From positions 619,628,001-619,692,000 of the forward strand of contig NC_091284.1 in assembly GCF_032444005.1 (NCBI RefSeq): a stretch of DNA of 64,000 nt, read 5' to 3'. The notes under the pieces are model-generated. The model ran no database searches. It was not told the DNA's origin and was given only the letters and a program-made list of their open reading frames with translations. This stretch comes from Ranitomeya imitator (lineage: Eukaryota). Below, piece after piece: positions 13,757 through 27,149 of the stretch (the stretch's first letter is position 1; every line of letters starts with the position of its first letter). The translations under genes and the position numbers were made by a program.

Positions 13757-13935
13757 AATAATAATAATAATTTTATTTATATAGCGCCAACATATTTTGC
13801 AGCGCTTTACAAATTATAGAGGGGACTTGTACAGACAATAGACATTACAGCATAACAGAAATCACAGGAATGGGGGCCCTGCTCGCAAGCTTACAAACTA
13901 TGAGGAAAAGGGGAGACACGAGAGGTGGATGGGCA
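13757..13935 (-). mobile_element. L2-like LINE 3' end fragment
   Basis: (AAT)n tail then TTTATTTATATAGCGCC…GCGCTTTACA. Confidence 0.45.
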
Positions 13936-15512
13936 GATGCCATAGGATGGGCAGACCGGGCACCATGTGAGGAGAATGAAGACTCCTCATCAGTGACTCT
14001 GAGCTCCTGCAGCTTCAGGATGCAGCAGAAATAGATGAGTCACTAGAGGGTCAGGGTTCAGGTTCCCGACTAGACAAGTTCTGACTTATTGCACTCATGT
14101 GACCCACGTGTCCACTGCGCTGCTTCTGTAGTTTCTCATGAGGCTGGTACAACCTCAGTGCAGTGCGGGAAAATTGGGACTGTTCTGCTGGATCTGTGAC
14201 AGTTGGGAGGTCTGGCATGCACCCCCAATTATGTGCACCCTGATATCAGGTGCTGGACTCTGATTGGCAGTGTATATTGCTGCACACAGAACCAACGGGT
14301 CTCTGCACCGCAATATACTTAATCTGAATATGCATCTGAGGACAGACCTCCAACTGAAGTAATCGCTTTTGTTGGCGGGCCCCTCAACCACTGGGCCTGG
14401 TAGTGAGCTCTGTGACCATGGAAGATATGCCCCTGGTTGCAGACTTTTACGTCAATCCTGGAGAACCCCTTTAACAAACTGAACTAAAAATGCAGGAGCT
14501 TTGGGAGCTACTTTCATGTCAGGTGGCTCAGTGGAGGACCTTCCCCACTCGCAGATTTTGGTTGGAGTGCTGGGACTTGTGGATATTGGGGTGCACTTTG
14601 TTAAGGAGTATCTACAGATGAGGGATGAGGGGCTTCTGGCTCTGAACCGACTGGGTTGTGAAACATGGACAGCATGACAGGAGGAGGAGGGCATCCAATA
14701 ACTGAACTCCACTGCTGGTTATCCCCAAGTCTTTTCACAAGAATAAGATCACTTCACTAGTAGGAACAACACCATAAGTAAGGTAATGAACAGGAACTGA
14801 ACTATTTCCAGTGTGTAGTACATACTAAAAATGTTTCCTGCAAAAGAGAAGGCAATCCATGTTTGTATCTTCTCCTCAGGATCCCAGCAGCAGCAGCAGC
14901 TCAGCCTCTGCCTCCTGAGTGCTCGTAGTGGCTGCTATCTGAGTCCTGTGTGTGTGCGTGCCATTCAGTGAGTGCCACTAAATATGGCTGCTGAAAGCAC
15001 AGACACAGATATTTACAAACCAGCTACAATGGAGCATACACTATAGGAGCTGCTGCTTGAGCAAGTCCTCAGTCCAGGAGACCGCCACACAGAATGAACT
15101 CTCTCCCTCTCTGAACCACCACACTGGAATAAGATATGGAAGGGGTGTGGCCTAATACAAGGGGTCGTGTCGGCTGCTTCTCCTGCTGTGCGGGAGAAGA
15201 AGGGTCCTGTGCGGGACTGCAGGGCACAGGCTCAAAATCAGGATGGTCCCGCAGTATGAGGGATGGTTGGGAGCTATGCAGCATGGCGGATCAGTGGTTT
15301 GATCTAAAACTTGCAGCTGCAGCACTGAGTTTCCATCAAGGAAACTATTGGCAAAGAATTCATATTTTCTTCCCGTGTTTGCATGGTTTTCCTAAGAGAA
15401 CTCCACTTTCCTTCTACACTCCACTTAGGTTGTGAGCCACAATTGAATAGTGATGCTTGTAAAACGCTCTGTGTAGTGAATGATGTTATTTAAGTGAGCA
15501 AAAAAATAGATA

Positions 15513-17116
15513 TACAGAAGAGACCAAAAGTTTGGACACACCTTCTCATTTAAAGATTTTTCTGCATTTTCATGACTATGAAAATTGTACATTCACACTG
15601 AAGGCATAAAAACTATGAATTAACACATGTGGAATTATATACTTAACAAAAAAGTGTGAAACAACTAAAATTATGTCTTATATTCTAGTTTCTTCAAAGA
15701 ATCCATCTTTTGCTTTGATGACTGCTTTGCACACTCTTGGCATTCTCTTGATGAGCTTCAAGAGGTTGTCACCAGGAATGGTCTTCCAACAATCTTGAAG
15801 GAGTTCCCAGAGTTGCTTAGCACTTGTTGACCCTTTTGCCTTCACTCTGCAGTCCAGCTCACCCCAAACCATCTCAATTGGGTTCAGGTCTGGTGACTGT
15901 GGAGGCCAAGTCATCTGGCGTAGCACTCCATCACGCTCCTTCTTGGTCAAATAGCCCTTACACAGCCTGGAGGTGTGTTTGGGGTCATTGTCCTGTTGAC
16001 AAATAAATGATGGTACAACTAAATGCAAACCGGATGGAATAGCATGCCGCTGCAAGATGCTGTGGTAGCCATGCTGGTTCAGTATGGCTTCAATTTTGAA
16101 TAAATCCCAAACAATGTCACCAACAAAGCACCCCCTCACCATCACACCTCCTCCTCCATGCTTCACGGTGGGAACCAGGCATGTAGAGTCCATCCATTCA
16201 CTTTTTCTGCGTCGCACAAAGACACGGTGGTTGAAACCAAAGATCTCAAATTTGGACTCATCAGACCAAAGCACAGATTTCCACTGGTCTAATATTCATT
16301 TTGTGTTTTCTTTAGCCCAAAACAAGTCTCTTCTGCGTGTTGCCTCTCCTTAGCAGTGGTCCCCTAGCAGCTATTTTACCATGAAGGCCTGCTGCACACA
16401 GTCTCCTCTTAACAGTTGCTGTAGAGATGTGTCTGCTGATAGAACTCTGTGTGGCATTAACCCGGTCTCTAATCTGAGCTGCTGTTAACCTGCGATTTCT
16501 GTTGCTGGTGACTCGGATAAACTTATCCTCAGAAACAGAGGTGACTCTTGGTCTTCCTTTACAGGGGCGGTCCTCATGTGAGCCAGTTTCTTTGTAGCTC
16601 TTGATGGTTTTTGCCACTGCACTTAGGGACACTTTCAATATTTTCCCAATTTTTCGGACTGACTGACCTTCATTTCTTAAAGTATTGATGGACACTCATT
16701 TTTCTTCACTTAGCTGCATTTTTTCTTGCCATAATACAAATTCTAACAGTATATTCAGTAGGACTATCAGCTGTGTATCCACCAGACTTCTGCACAACAC
16801 AACTGATGGTCCCAACACCATTTATAAGGCAAGAAATACCACTTATTAAACCTGACAGGGCACACCTGTGAAGAGAAAACCATTCCCAGTGACTACCTTT
16901 TGAAGCTCATCAAGAGAAAGCCAAGAGTAGAGTGTGCAAAGCAGTCATCAAAGCAAAAGGTGGCTACTTTGAAGAACTTAGAATATAATACATAATTTCA
17001 GTTGTTTCACATTTTTTTGTTAAGTATATAATTCCACATGTGTTAATTCATAGTTTTGATGCCTTCAGTGTGAATGTACAATTTTCATAGTCATGAAAAT
17101 ACAGAAAAATCTTTAA
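15513..17116 (-). mobile_element. Tc1/mariner DNA transposon; right TIR cut at a TTAA
   Basis: TA|CAG…ACCAAAAGTTTGGACACACC left end; ~200-bp TIR mirrored at ~16960-17116 but missing its outermost ~40 bp. Confidence 0.9.
15678..16732 (-). pseudogene. Tc1-family DD34E transposase, frameshifted
   Basis: Track ORFs 16312-16695 (HTH region, GRPRVT) and 15678-16274 (WSDESKF, QQDNDPKH, WPPQSPDLNPIE); ATG at 16732. Confidence 0.9.
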
Positions 17117-18199
17117 TCCCTTTAGCCTCAAGGGTGGTTTGCACGTTAATGACCGGGCCAATTTTTACAATTCTGACCACTGTCAATTTATGAGGTTATA
17201 ACTCTGGAATGCTTCAACAGATCCTGATGATTTTGACAATGTTTTCTCAGGACATATTGTACTTCATGATAGTGGTAACATTTCTTTGATATTACTTGCG
17301 TTTATTTGTGAACAAAAAAGGAAATTTGGCGAAAATTCAGAAAATTTCACAATTTTCCAAATTTGAAATTTTATGCCCTTAAATCACAGAGATATGTCAC
17401 ACAATATACTTAATAAGTAACATTTTCCACATGTCTACTTTACATCAGCACAATTTTGGAACCAACATTTTTTTTTGTTAGGGAGTTATAAGGGTTTAAT
17501 TTTAACCAGTGATTTCTCATTTTTCCAACAAAATTTATAAAACCATTTTTTTAACCCCTTTACCCCCAAGGGTGGTTTGCACGTCAATGACCAGGCCAAT
17601 TTTTACAATTCTGACCACTGTCCCTTTATGAGGTTATAACTCCGAAACGCTTCAACGGATCCTGGTGATTCTGACATTGTTTTCCCGTGACATATTGTAC
17701 TTCATGATAGTGGTAAAATTTCTTTGATAGTACCTGCGTTTATTTGTGAAAAAAACAGAAATTTGGCGAAAATTTTGAAAATTTCGCAATTTTTAAACTT
17801 TGAATTTTTATGCAATTAAATCACAGAGATATGTCACACAAAATACTTAATAAGTAACATTTCCCACATGTCTCCTTTACATCAGCATAATTTTGGAACC
17901 AATTTTTTTTTTTGTTAGGGAGTTATAAGGGTTAAAAGTTGACCAGCAATTTCTCATTTTTACAACACCATTTTTTTTTAGGGACCACGTCTCATTTGAA
18001 GTCATTTTGAGGGGTCTATATGATAGAAAATGCCCAAGTGTGACACCATTCTAAAAACTGCACCCCTCAAGGTGCTCAAAACCACATTCAAGAAGTTTAT
18101 TAACCCTTCAGGTGTTTAATAGGAATTTTTGGAATGTTTAAATAAAAATGAACATTTAACTTTTTTACACAAAAAATTTACTTCAGCTCCAATTTGTTT

Positions 18200-20390
18200 T
18201 ATTTTACCAAGGGTAACAGGAGAAATTGGACCCAAAAAGTTGTTGTCCAATTTGTCCTGAGTACGCTGATACCCCATATGTGGCAGTAAACCACTGTTTG
18301 GGCGCATGGGAGAGCTCGGAAGGGAAGGAGCGCTATTTGACTTTTCAATGCAAAATTGACAGGAATTGAGATGGGACGCCATGTTGCGTTTGGAGAGCCA
18401 CTGATGTGCCTAAACATTGAAACCCCCCACAAGTGACACCATTTTGGAAAGTAGACCCCCTAAGGAACTTATCTGGATGTGTGGTGAGCACTTTGACCCA
18501 CCAAGTGCTTCACAGAAGTTTATAATGCAGAACCGTAAAAATAAAAAATCATATTTTTTCACAAAAATTATATTTTTGCCCCCAATTTTTTATTTTTCCA
18601 AGGGTAAGAGAAGAAATTGGACCTCAAAAGTTGTTGTCCAATTTGTCCTGAGTACGCTGATACCCCATATGTGGCAGTAAACCACTGTTTGGGCGCATGG
18701 GAGAGCTCGGAAGGGAAGGAGCGCAGTTTGACTTTTCAATGCAAAATTGACAGAAATTGAGATGGGACGCCATGTTGCGTTTGGAGAGCCACTGATGTGC
18801 CTAAACATTGAAACCCCCCACAAGTGACACCATTTTGGAAAGTAGACCCCCTAAGGAACTTATCTAGAGGTGTGGTGAGCACTTTGACCCACCAAGTGCT
18901 TCACAGAAGTTTATAATGCAGAACCGTAAAAATAAAAAATCATATTTTTTCACAAAAATTATATTTTTGCCCCCAATTTTTTATTTTTCCAAGGGTAAGA
19001 GAAGAAATTGGACCTCAAAAGTTGTTGTCCAATTTGTCCCGAGTACACTGATACCCCATATGTGGCAGTAAACCACTGTTTGGGCGCATGGGAGAGCTCG
19101 GAAGGGAAGGAGCGCCGTTTGACTTTTCAATGCAAAATTGACAGGAATTGAGATGGGACGCCATGTTGCGTTTGGAGAGCCACTGATGTGCCTAAACATT
19201 GAAACCCCCAACAAGTGACACCATTTTGGAAAGTAGACCCCCTAAGGAACTTATCTGGATGTGTGGTGAGCACTTTGACCCACCAAGGGCTTCACAGAAG
19301 TTTATAATGCAGAGCCATAAAAATAAAACAAAATTTTTTTCCCACAAAAATTATTTTTTAGCCCCCAGTTTTGTATTTTCCCTAGGGTAACAGGAGAAAT
19401 TGGACCCCAAAAGTTGTTGTCCAATTTGTCCTGAGTACGCTGATACCCCATATGTGGGGGGGAACCACCGTTTGGGCGCATGGGAGGGTTCGGAAGGGAA
19501 GGAGCGCCATTTGGAATGCAGACTTAGATGGAATGGTCTGCAGGCGTCACATTGCGTTTGCAGAGCCCCTAATGTACCTAAACAGTAGAAACCCCCCACA
19601 AGTGACACCATTTTGGAAAGTAGACCCCCTAAGGAACTCATCTTGATGTGTTGAGAGCTTTGAACCCCCAAGTATTTCACTACAGTTTATAACGCAGAGC
19701 CATGCAAATAAAAAATATTTTTTTTTCCACAAAAATTATATTTTAGCCCCCAGTTTTGTATTTTTCCAAGGTTAGCAGGAGAAATTGGACCCTAAATGTT
19801 GTTGTCCAATTTGTCCTGAGTACGCTGATACCCGATATGTGGGGGGGAACCACCGTTTGGGCGCATGGGAGGGCTCGGAAGGGAAGGAGCATCATTTGGA
19901 ATGCAGACTTAGATGGATTGGTCTGCAGGCGTCACATTGCGTTTGCAGAGCCCCTAATGTACCTAAACAGTAGAAACCCCCCACAAGTGACCCCATATTG
20001 GAAACTAGACCCCTCAATGAACTTATCTAGATGTGTTGTGAGAACTTTGATCCCCCAAGTGTTTCACTACAGTTTATAACGCAGAGCCGTGAAAATAAAA
20101 AATCTTTTTGTTTTCCCACAAAAATTATTTTTTAGCCCCCAGTTTTGTATTTTCCCAAGGGTAACAGGAGAAATTGGTCCACAAAAGTTGTTGTCCAATT
20201 TGTCCTGAGTACGCTGATACCCAATATGTTGGGGTAAACCCCTGTTTGGGCACACAGGAGAGCTCGGAAGGGAAGGAGCACTGTTTTACTTTTTCAACGC
20301 AGAATTGGCTGGAATTGAGATCGGACGCCATGTCGTGTTTGGAGAGCCCCTGATGTGCCGAAACAGTGGAAACCCCCCAATTATAACTGA
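18200..20390. repeat. ~391-bp tandem repeat (~5.5 units) inside the piggyBac-like element
   Basis: GAAATTGG…AAAGTTGTTGTCCAATTTGTCC recurs near 18225, 18615, 19005, 19398, 19783, 20172. Confidence 0.85.
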
Positions 20391-20546
20391 AACCCTAATC
20401 TAAACACACCCCTAACCCTAATTCCAACGGTAACCCTAACCACACCTCTAACCCTGACACACCCCTAACCCTAATCCCAACCCTATTCCCAACTGTAAAT
20501 GTAATCTAAACCCTAACCCTAACTTTAGCCCCAACCCTAACTGTAG
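20390..20546 (+). repeat. Degenerate telomere-like (CCCTAA)n tract
   Basis: CCCTAA/CCCTAAT variants running into the N gap. Confidence 0.75.
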
Positions 20547-23500
20547 NNNNNNNNNNNNNNNNNNNNNNNNNNNNNNNNNNNNNNNNNNNNNNNNNNNNNN
20601 NNNNNNNNNNNNNNNNNNNNNNNNNNNNNNNNNNNNNNNNNNNNNNNNNNNNNNNNNNNNNNNNNNNNNNNNNNNNNNNNNNNNNNNNNNNNNNNNNNNN
20701 NNNNNNNNNNNNNNNNNNNNNNNNNNNNNNNNNNNNNNNNNNNNNNNNNNNNNNNNNNNNNNNNNNNNNNNNNNNNNNNNNNNNNNNNNNNNNNNNAAAA
20801 TGGAAATAAATACATTTTTTTTATTTTTCCCTAACTAAGGGAGTGATGAAGGGGGGTTTGATTTACTTTTATAGCGAGTTTTTTAGCGGATTTTTATGAT
20901 TGGCAGCCGTCACACACTGAAAGACCCTTTTTATTGCAAAAAATATTTTTTGCAATACCACATTTTGAGAGCTATAATTTTTCCATATTTTGGTCCACAG
21001 AGTCATGTGAGGTCTTGTTCTTTGCGGGACGAGTTGACGTTTTTATTCAAAACATTTTTGGGCATGTGACATTTTTTGATCGCTTTTTATTCCGATTTTT
21101 GTGAGGAAGAATGACCAAAAGCCAGCTATTCATGAATTTCTATTGGGGGAGGCGTTTATACCGTTCCGCGTTTGGTAAAATTGATAAATCAGTTTTATTC
21201 TTCGGGTCAGTACGATTACAGCGATACCTCATTTATATCATTTTTTTATGGTTTGGCGCTTTTATACGATAAAAACTATTTTACAGAAAAAATAATTATT
21301 TTTGCATCGCTTTATTCTCAGGACTATAACTTTTTTATTTTTTCGCTGATGATGCTGTGTGGTGGCTCGTTTTTTGCGGGACAAGATGATGTTTTCAGCG
21401 GTACCATGGTTATTTATATCTGTCCTTTTGATCGCGTGTTATTCCACTTTTTGTTCGGCGGTATGATAATAAAGCGTTGTTTTTTGCCTCTTTTTTTTTT
21501 TTCTTACGGTGTTTACTGAAGGGGTTAACTAGTGGGACAGTTTTATAGGTCGGGTCGTTACAGACGCGGCGATACTAAATATGTGTACTTTTATTGTTTT
21601 TTTTTTTATTTAGATGAAGAATTGTATTTATGGGAATAATATTTTTTTTTTTTTTTCATTATTTTGGAATATTTTTTTTTATTTTTTTTACACATTTGGA
21701 AAATTTTTTTTTAACTTTTTTACTTTGTCCCAGGGGGGGACATCACAGATCAGTGATCTGACAGTTTGCACAGCACTCTGTCAGATCACTGATCTGACAT
21801 GCAGCGCTGCAGGCTTCACAGTGCCTGCTCTGAGCAGGCTCTGTGAAGCCACCTCCCTCCCTGCAGGACCCGGATCCGCGGCCATCTTGGATCCGGGGCT
21901 GGAGGGAGCAGGGAGGGAGGTGAGACCCTCGCAGCAACGCGATCACATCGCGTTGCTCCGGGGGTCTCAGGGAAGCCCGCAGGGAGCCCCCTCCCTGCGC
22001 GGTGCTTCCCTGCACCGCCGGCACATCGCGATCATGTTTGATCACGGTGTGCCAGGGGTTAATGTGCCGGGGGCGGTCCGTGACCGCTCCTGGCACATAG
22101 TGCCGGATGTCAGCTGCGATAAGCAGCTGACACCCGGCCGCGATCGGCCGCGCTCCCCCCGTGAGCGCGGCCGATCGGCTATGACGTACTATCCCGTCCA
22201 GGGTCAGATAAGCCCAGGGCACCTCGACGGGATAGTACGTCTAAGGTCACAGAGGGGTTAAGGACCACCTCACATTTAAAGTCACTTTGAGGGGTCTATA
22301 TGGTAGAAAAAAAACAAAAGTGACACCATTCTAAAAACTGCACATCTCAATGTGCTCAAAACCACATTCAAGAAGTTTATTAACCCTTCAGATGTTTCAC
22401 AGGAGCAGAAGAACCGGGGAAGGAAAAAATCAACATTTTACTTTTTAGTCACAAAAATGATATTTCAGCAACAATTTTTTTTATTTTTCCAAGGGTAAAA
22501 TGAGAAATCGAACCTCAAAAGTTATTGTCCAATTTATCCACTGATACCCCATATATGGGGGGGGACACTATTTGGGCGCACGGTAGGACTCGGAAGGGTA
22601 GGAGCGCCATTTGACTTTTTCAAGCTAAATTTGGCTGAAATTGAGATCGGACGCAATGTTGCGTTTGGTGAGCCCCTGATGTGCCTAAACAGTGGAATCC
22701 TCCCACAAGTGACCCCATTTTGGAAACTATTCCCCCTAAGGAACTTTTCTAGATGTGTGTTGAGCAATTTGAACTCCCAAGTGCTTCACAGAAGTTTATA
22801 ACGCCGGGGCGTGAAAATAAAAAGTCTTATTTTTTCCACAAACATGATCGTTTAGTCCCCAATTTTTTATTTTCCCAAGGGTGACAAGAGAAATTGGACC
22901 CCAAAAGTTTTTGTCCAATTTGTCCTGAGTATGCTGATACCCCATATGTGGGGGAAACTACTGTTTGGTCGCACGGCAGGGCTCAGAAGGAAAGTAGCGC
23001 CGTTTGACTTTTTCAAGCTAAATTTGGCTGGAATGGAGACCGGACGCCATGTTCCGTTTGCAGAACCCCTGCTGTGCCTAAACAGTAGAAACCCCCCTAC
23101 AAGTGACCCTATTTTGGAAACGTGACCCACTAAGGAACTTATCTAGGTGTGTGGTGAGAATTTTGAACCCCCAAGTGCCAAGGCGTGAAAATAAAAAATC
23201 CTATTTTTTCCCACAAAAGTGATGTTTTAGTCCCCAATTTTTAATTTTCCCAAGGGTAACGGAAGAAATTGGACCCCTAAAGCTGTTGTTCAGTTTGTCC
23301 TGTGTATGCGGGTACCCCACATGTCGAAGAAAACTAATGTTTGGGCACATGTTGGGGCTCGAAAGGAAAGTAGTGACGTTTTGGAATGCAGACATTGATG
23401 GAATGGTCTGCGGACATCATGTTCCGTTTGCAGAGCCCCTGATGTCCCTAAACAGTAGAAACCCCCACAAGTGTCCCCATTTTGTAAACGTGACCCCCTA

Positions 23501-23946
23501 AGGAACTTATCTAGGTGTGTGTTGAGAATTTTGAACCCCCAAGTGCTTTACTAAGGTATATAATGCCCAGGCGTGAAAATAAAAAATCCTATTTTTTCCC
23601 ACAAAAATGATCTTTTAGTCCCCAATTTTTAATTTTCCAAAGGGTAACAGGAAAAATTGGACATCAAAAGTTGTTGTCCAAATTGTACTGATTACGCTGC
23701 TACCCCTTATGTGGGAAAAAATTGTTTAGGCCAACATTGGGGCTCGAAAGGGAAGTAGTGACTTTTTTGAATGCAGACTTTGATGGAATGGTCTGGGGTC
23801 ATCATGTTCCGTTTAAAGAGCCCCTGATGTGCCTAAACAGTAAAAAAAAAATCACCAGTGACATAATTTTGGAACCTAAACCCTCAAGGAACTTATCTAG
23901 ATGTGCCCCCTTTTTGGAACTAATGTACTGCTTCCTGTAAAGTAAA

Positions 23947-25711
23947 TTAGTAGTGCATGGAGGTGTGGTACAATTTAAAGCAATCCTTCATATACAGGCC
24001 AGGATTGTCTGGGCAGGTGTTGCATTGATAAATGGTGTCATTGCGTATTCCCCTTTCGTAACACACTCGGCACCTTTTTTGTGGCTTACCTTTTCTTCCA
24101 GTTGGTGGGACCACCCCCGGAAAATGCTGGCCTGGTACGATACAAGCACCTTCAGTTCCGGAAGTACTGAGGCCCGCTCCTTCCGGAGTTCCAAATATCA
24201 GGGCCTTAACTACTACCTTCTGGAACTGAAGGTATGATGTATCGGTGTGGCTTGCACATCGTGACAGCAGGAAAGAGTTGAGCATTGCCATTTGTACAAT
24301 GTTCACAGCCAGCTTTTTGTACCACACCTTGGCCTTTCTCAAAGCACTGTACGGTTGGAGGAGTTGATCAGAGAGATCAACGCCCCCCATGCTTTTGTTG
24401 AACCAGAGTACACAGTCCGGTTTGCTGACCTGTGTAGAGGTACCCCATACAGTGCTGAGGGTGCTGCCATCACCGTGTATGGTGGTCAAGAGAAGGACAT
24501 CCCTCTTGTCCTTGTACTTGACCACCAGAAGGTGGTCGCTACATTGGGCTCTGCGCTCACCTTTTCTGAGCATCTGCCCGAGTAGCGTCTTTGGAAGACC
24601 TCTCTGATTTTTGCAAACAGTACCACAGGCTGTGGTACCTCGTGCAGAGAGGGATTTGTAGAGTGGGATGCTGGTACAAAAGTTATCGTTGTAGAGGTGA
24701 TAACCTTTATCCAGCAGTGGGTGCACCAAATCCCACACAATCTTCCCACTCACTCCCAGAACAGGAGGACACTCAGGGGGTTCAATCCTGGTGTCCTTCC
24801 CTTTGTACACTCTAAACCTATGGAGGTACTCTGTGGTACGCTCACACAGCTTGTAGAGTTTGATTCCGTACCTGGCCCTCTTGCTGGGCAGGTATTGGTG
24901 GAATCCAAGCGGCCCCCTAAAATGGACTAAGGACTCATCCACGCAGATGTCCCTTTTGGGCATGTACACTTCAGAAAGCTTTTTGTTGAAGTGTTCGATG
25001 AGCGGCCGAACTTTGAACAGACGGTCAAAGTTGGGGTCATCCCATGCTGGACACTGTGCATTATCGGAATAATCAGGAACTTGTGGATAGCCTCAAAATG
25101 CTTCTGAACCATGACCATTCGGAACACTGGAGTGTTATATAAAATATCTACATTCCTTTATTGCCGAATTTCTGGCTTCTTCACGATCCCCATGTGGAGG
25201 ACCAGGCCCCAAAACTGCATCATTTCAACTACGTCTACAGGCGACCAGTTGGAAAATGATGAACTGGGGTTTTTGCTACAAAAATTGATGAGAATACAAA
25301 TTCGTTTGCTCCACCATGAGGTTAATAAAATCCTCAGAGAAAAAAGACTTTGAAAAAGTCTGTTTCTGTGAGGCCGGCGGTGTCAAACTTGATTCCTGAT
25401 TCTGCCACAAGATCAGGAATCAGTGGCTCGTAATTTTCAGGGAGCAAAGTCCATATGGGGTCTGAAGTGGGGAGTGCTGGATCAGGAATGGTGGGCGCTG
25501 CCTCATCTTCTATCCTGGGGCATCTGCATGGCAGTTCCGCAGGACCCGAGGAGGAAGATGAGGAGGAGGAGGAAGAAGACGATGAGGATGAAGAATTGGA
25601 AAAGTAAAGAAAAGTGGGATCCTCTCCCTCACTATCAGTGCCAGAGGCAATGAAAGCATATGCCTCCTCCAATGAATAGCGCAGTTGGGATGAACGGGAC
25701 GAGCGGGCCAT
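23947..25711 (-). pseudogene. piggyBac-family (PGBD-like) transposase, frameshifted
   Basis: N-terminus MARSSRSSQLRYSLEEAYAF (ATG 25711); ORF 23947-24969 has ICVDES, KRARYGIK, LYNDNF, MGGVDLSDQ and a C-terminal CRVC…CNTCP…CF…YH cysteine-rich domain. Confidence 0.9.
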
Positions 25712-25859
25712 TTTTGTGTGAATATGGTGCTGAGGTGTACTTTCTTGATAACTGTATGTGTATGTGTGGGGGGATAGTGATTTGTGCAAACTATTATCTG
25801 AAAAGAAAAGGCTAAAAGGAGAAAAAAATACCTGTGAAAAGAAAAGTCTAAAACAGCAG

Positions 25860-27135
25860 GCCCTAGCTCTGATAAGTGAACTTGCGTCACTTATCAAGAT
25901 TCGGCGGCTGCTGGATGTGTGCACGGAGATGAGACAAAAATAAAAGTGTCTAAAACAGCAGGCCCAGCTCTGATAAGTGAACTGTTTAATTTATCAAAGT
26001 TTTTCGGCTGCTTGATGTGTGCACGGGGGTCGGGCACATAGGGGTGGAAAAAAAAGGAAAATGGCAGGCACAAACTCTGATAAGTGAATTGCGTCACTTA
26101 TCAAAGTTTGGCGGCTGCGGGATGTGTGTACGGAGGTTGCGCAAAGAGGCTGAGGGAAAAAAAGCGAGCGCGAGAGTTGACCGGTGAACTACGTCACCAA
26201 TGAACGCCCGGCGGCTGTCAAATGGACACACGGAAGGAGGTGCAAAGGGGGGTTATGGGGGGAAGGGGGGATGGGTGTGGATGTGGGGATTGGGCAGGAA
26301 TCAGTGATCAAAACGTACAGTTGTAGTCAGGTGGTGCAAAGGGGGGTGAAAAACAAAAAGGAAAATGGCAGGCACAAACTCTGATAAGTGAACTGCATAA
26401 CTTATCAAAGTTTGGCGGCTGCGGGATGTGTGTACGGAGGTTGTGCAAAGGGGCTGAGGGAAAAAAAGCGAGCACGAGAGTTGATTGGTGAACTACGTCA
26501 TCAATGAATGCTCGGCGGCTGTTAAATGGGCGCATGGAAGGATGTGCAAAGGGAGTGGAGGAGGGTAAAAAGAGGGGGAAGGGGGATGGGGTTGGATGTG
26601 GGGATTGGGCAGGGATCAGTGATAAAAACGTTCGGTTGTAGTCAGGTGGAGCAAAGGGGAGTGAAAAACAAAAAGGAAAATGGCAGGCACATACTCTGAT
26701 AAGTGAACTGCATAACTTATCAAAGTTTGGCGGCTGCGGGATGTGTGTACGGAGGTTGCGCAAAGGGGCTGAGGGAAAAAAAAGTGAGCACGAGAGTTGA
26801 TTGGTGAACTACGTCATCAATGAATGCTCGGCGGCTGTTAAATGGGCGCATGGAAGGATGTGCAAAGGGAGTGGAGGAGGGTAAAAAGAGGGGGAAGGGG
26901 GGATGGGGTGGATGTGGGGATTGGGTAGGGATCAGTGATAAAAACGTACGGTTGTAGTCAGGTGGAGCAAAGGGGAGTAAAAAAAAAAAGGAAAACGGCA
27001 GGCACAAACTCTGATAAGTGAACTGCGTCACTTATCAAAGTTTGGCGGCTGCAGGATGTGTGTATGGAGTTAATGCAAAGGGGGCTGAGGAATAAAAAGA
27101 GAGCACGAGCGTTGATCGGTGAACTGCGTCACCAA
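25860..27135. repeat. ~305-315-bp tandem repeat upstream of the piggyBac transposase
   Basis: AAAAGGAAAA(T/C)GGCAGGCACA…CTCTGATAAGTGAA units near 26052, 26357, 26671, 26987. Confidence 0.8.
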
Positions 27136-27149
27136 TTAACACTTGGCGG

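Larger units (their letters stand above)
17555..22257 (+). mobile_element. Non-autonomous piggyBac-like element inserted into a related element
   Basis: TTAA at 17551-54 and 22258-61; CCCCT…AGGGG termini; subterminal inverted repeat GACGTACTATCCCGTC/GACGGGATAGTACGTC; contains an N gap. Confidence 0.85.

Noticed and set aside
14452-14712. 86-aa minus ORF and an open plus frame
   Set aside because: No identifiable family; within chance length
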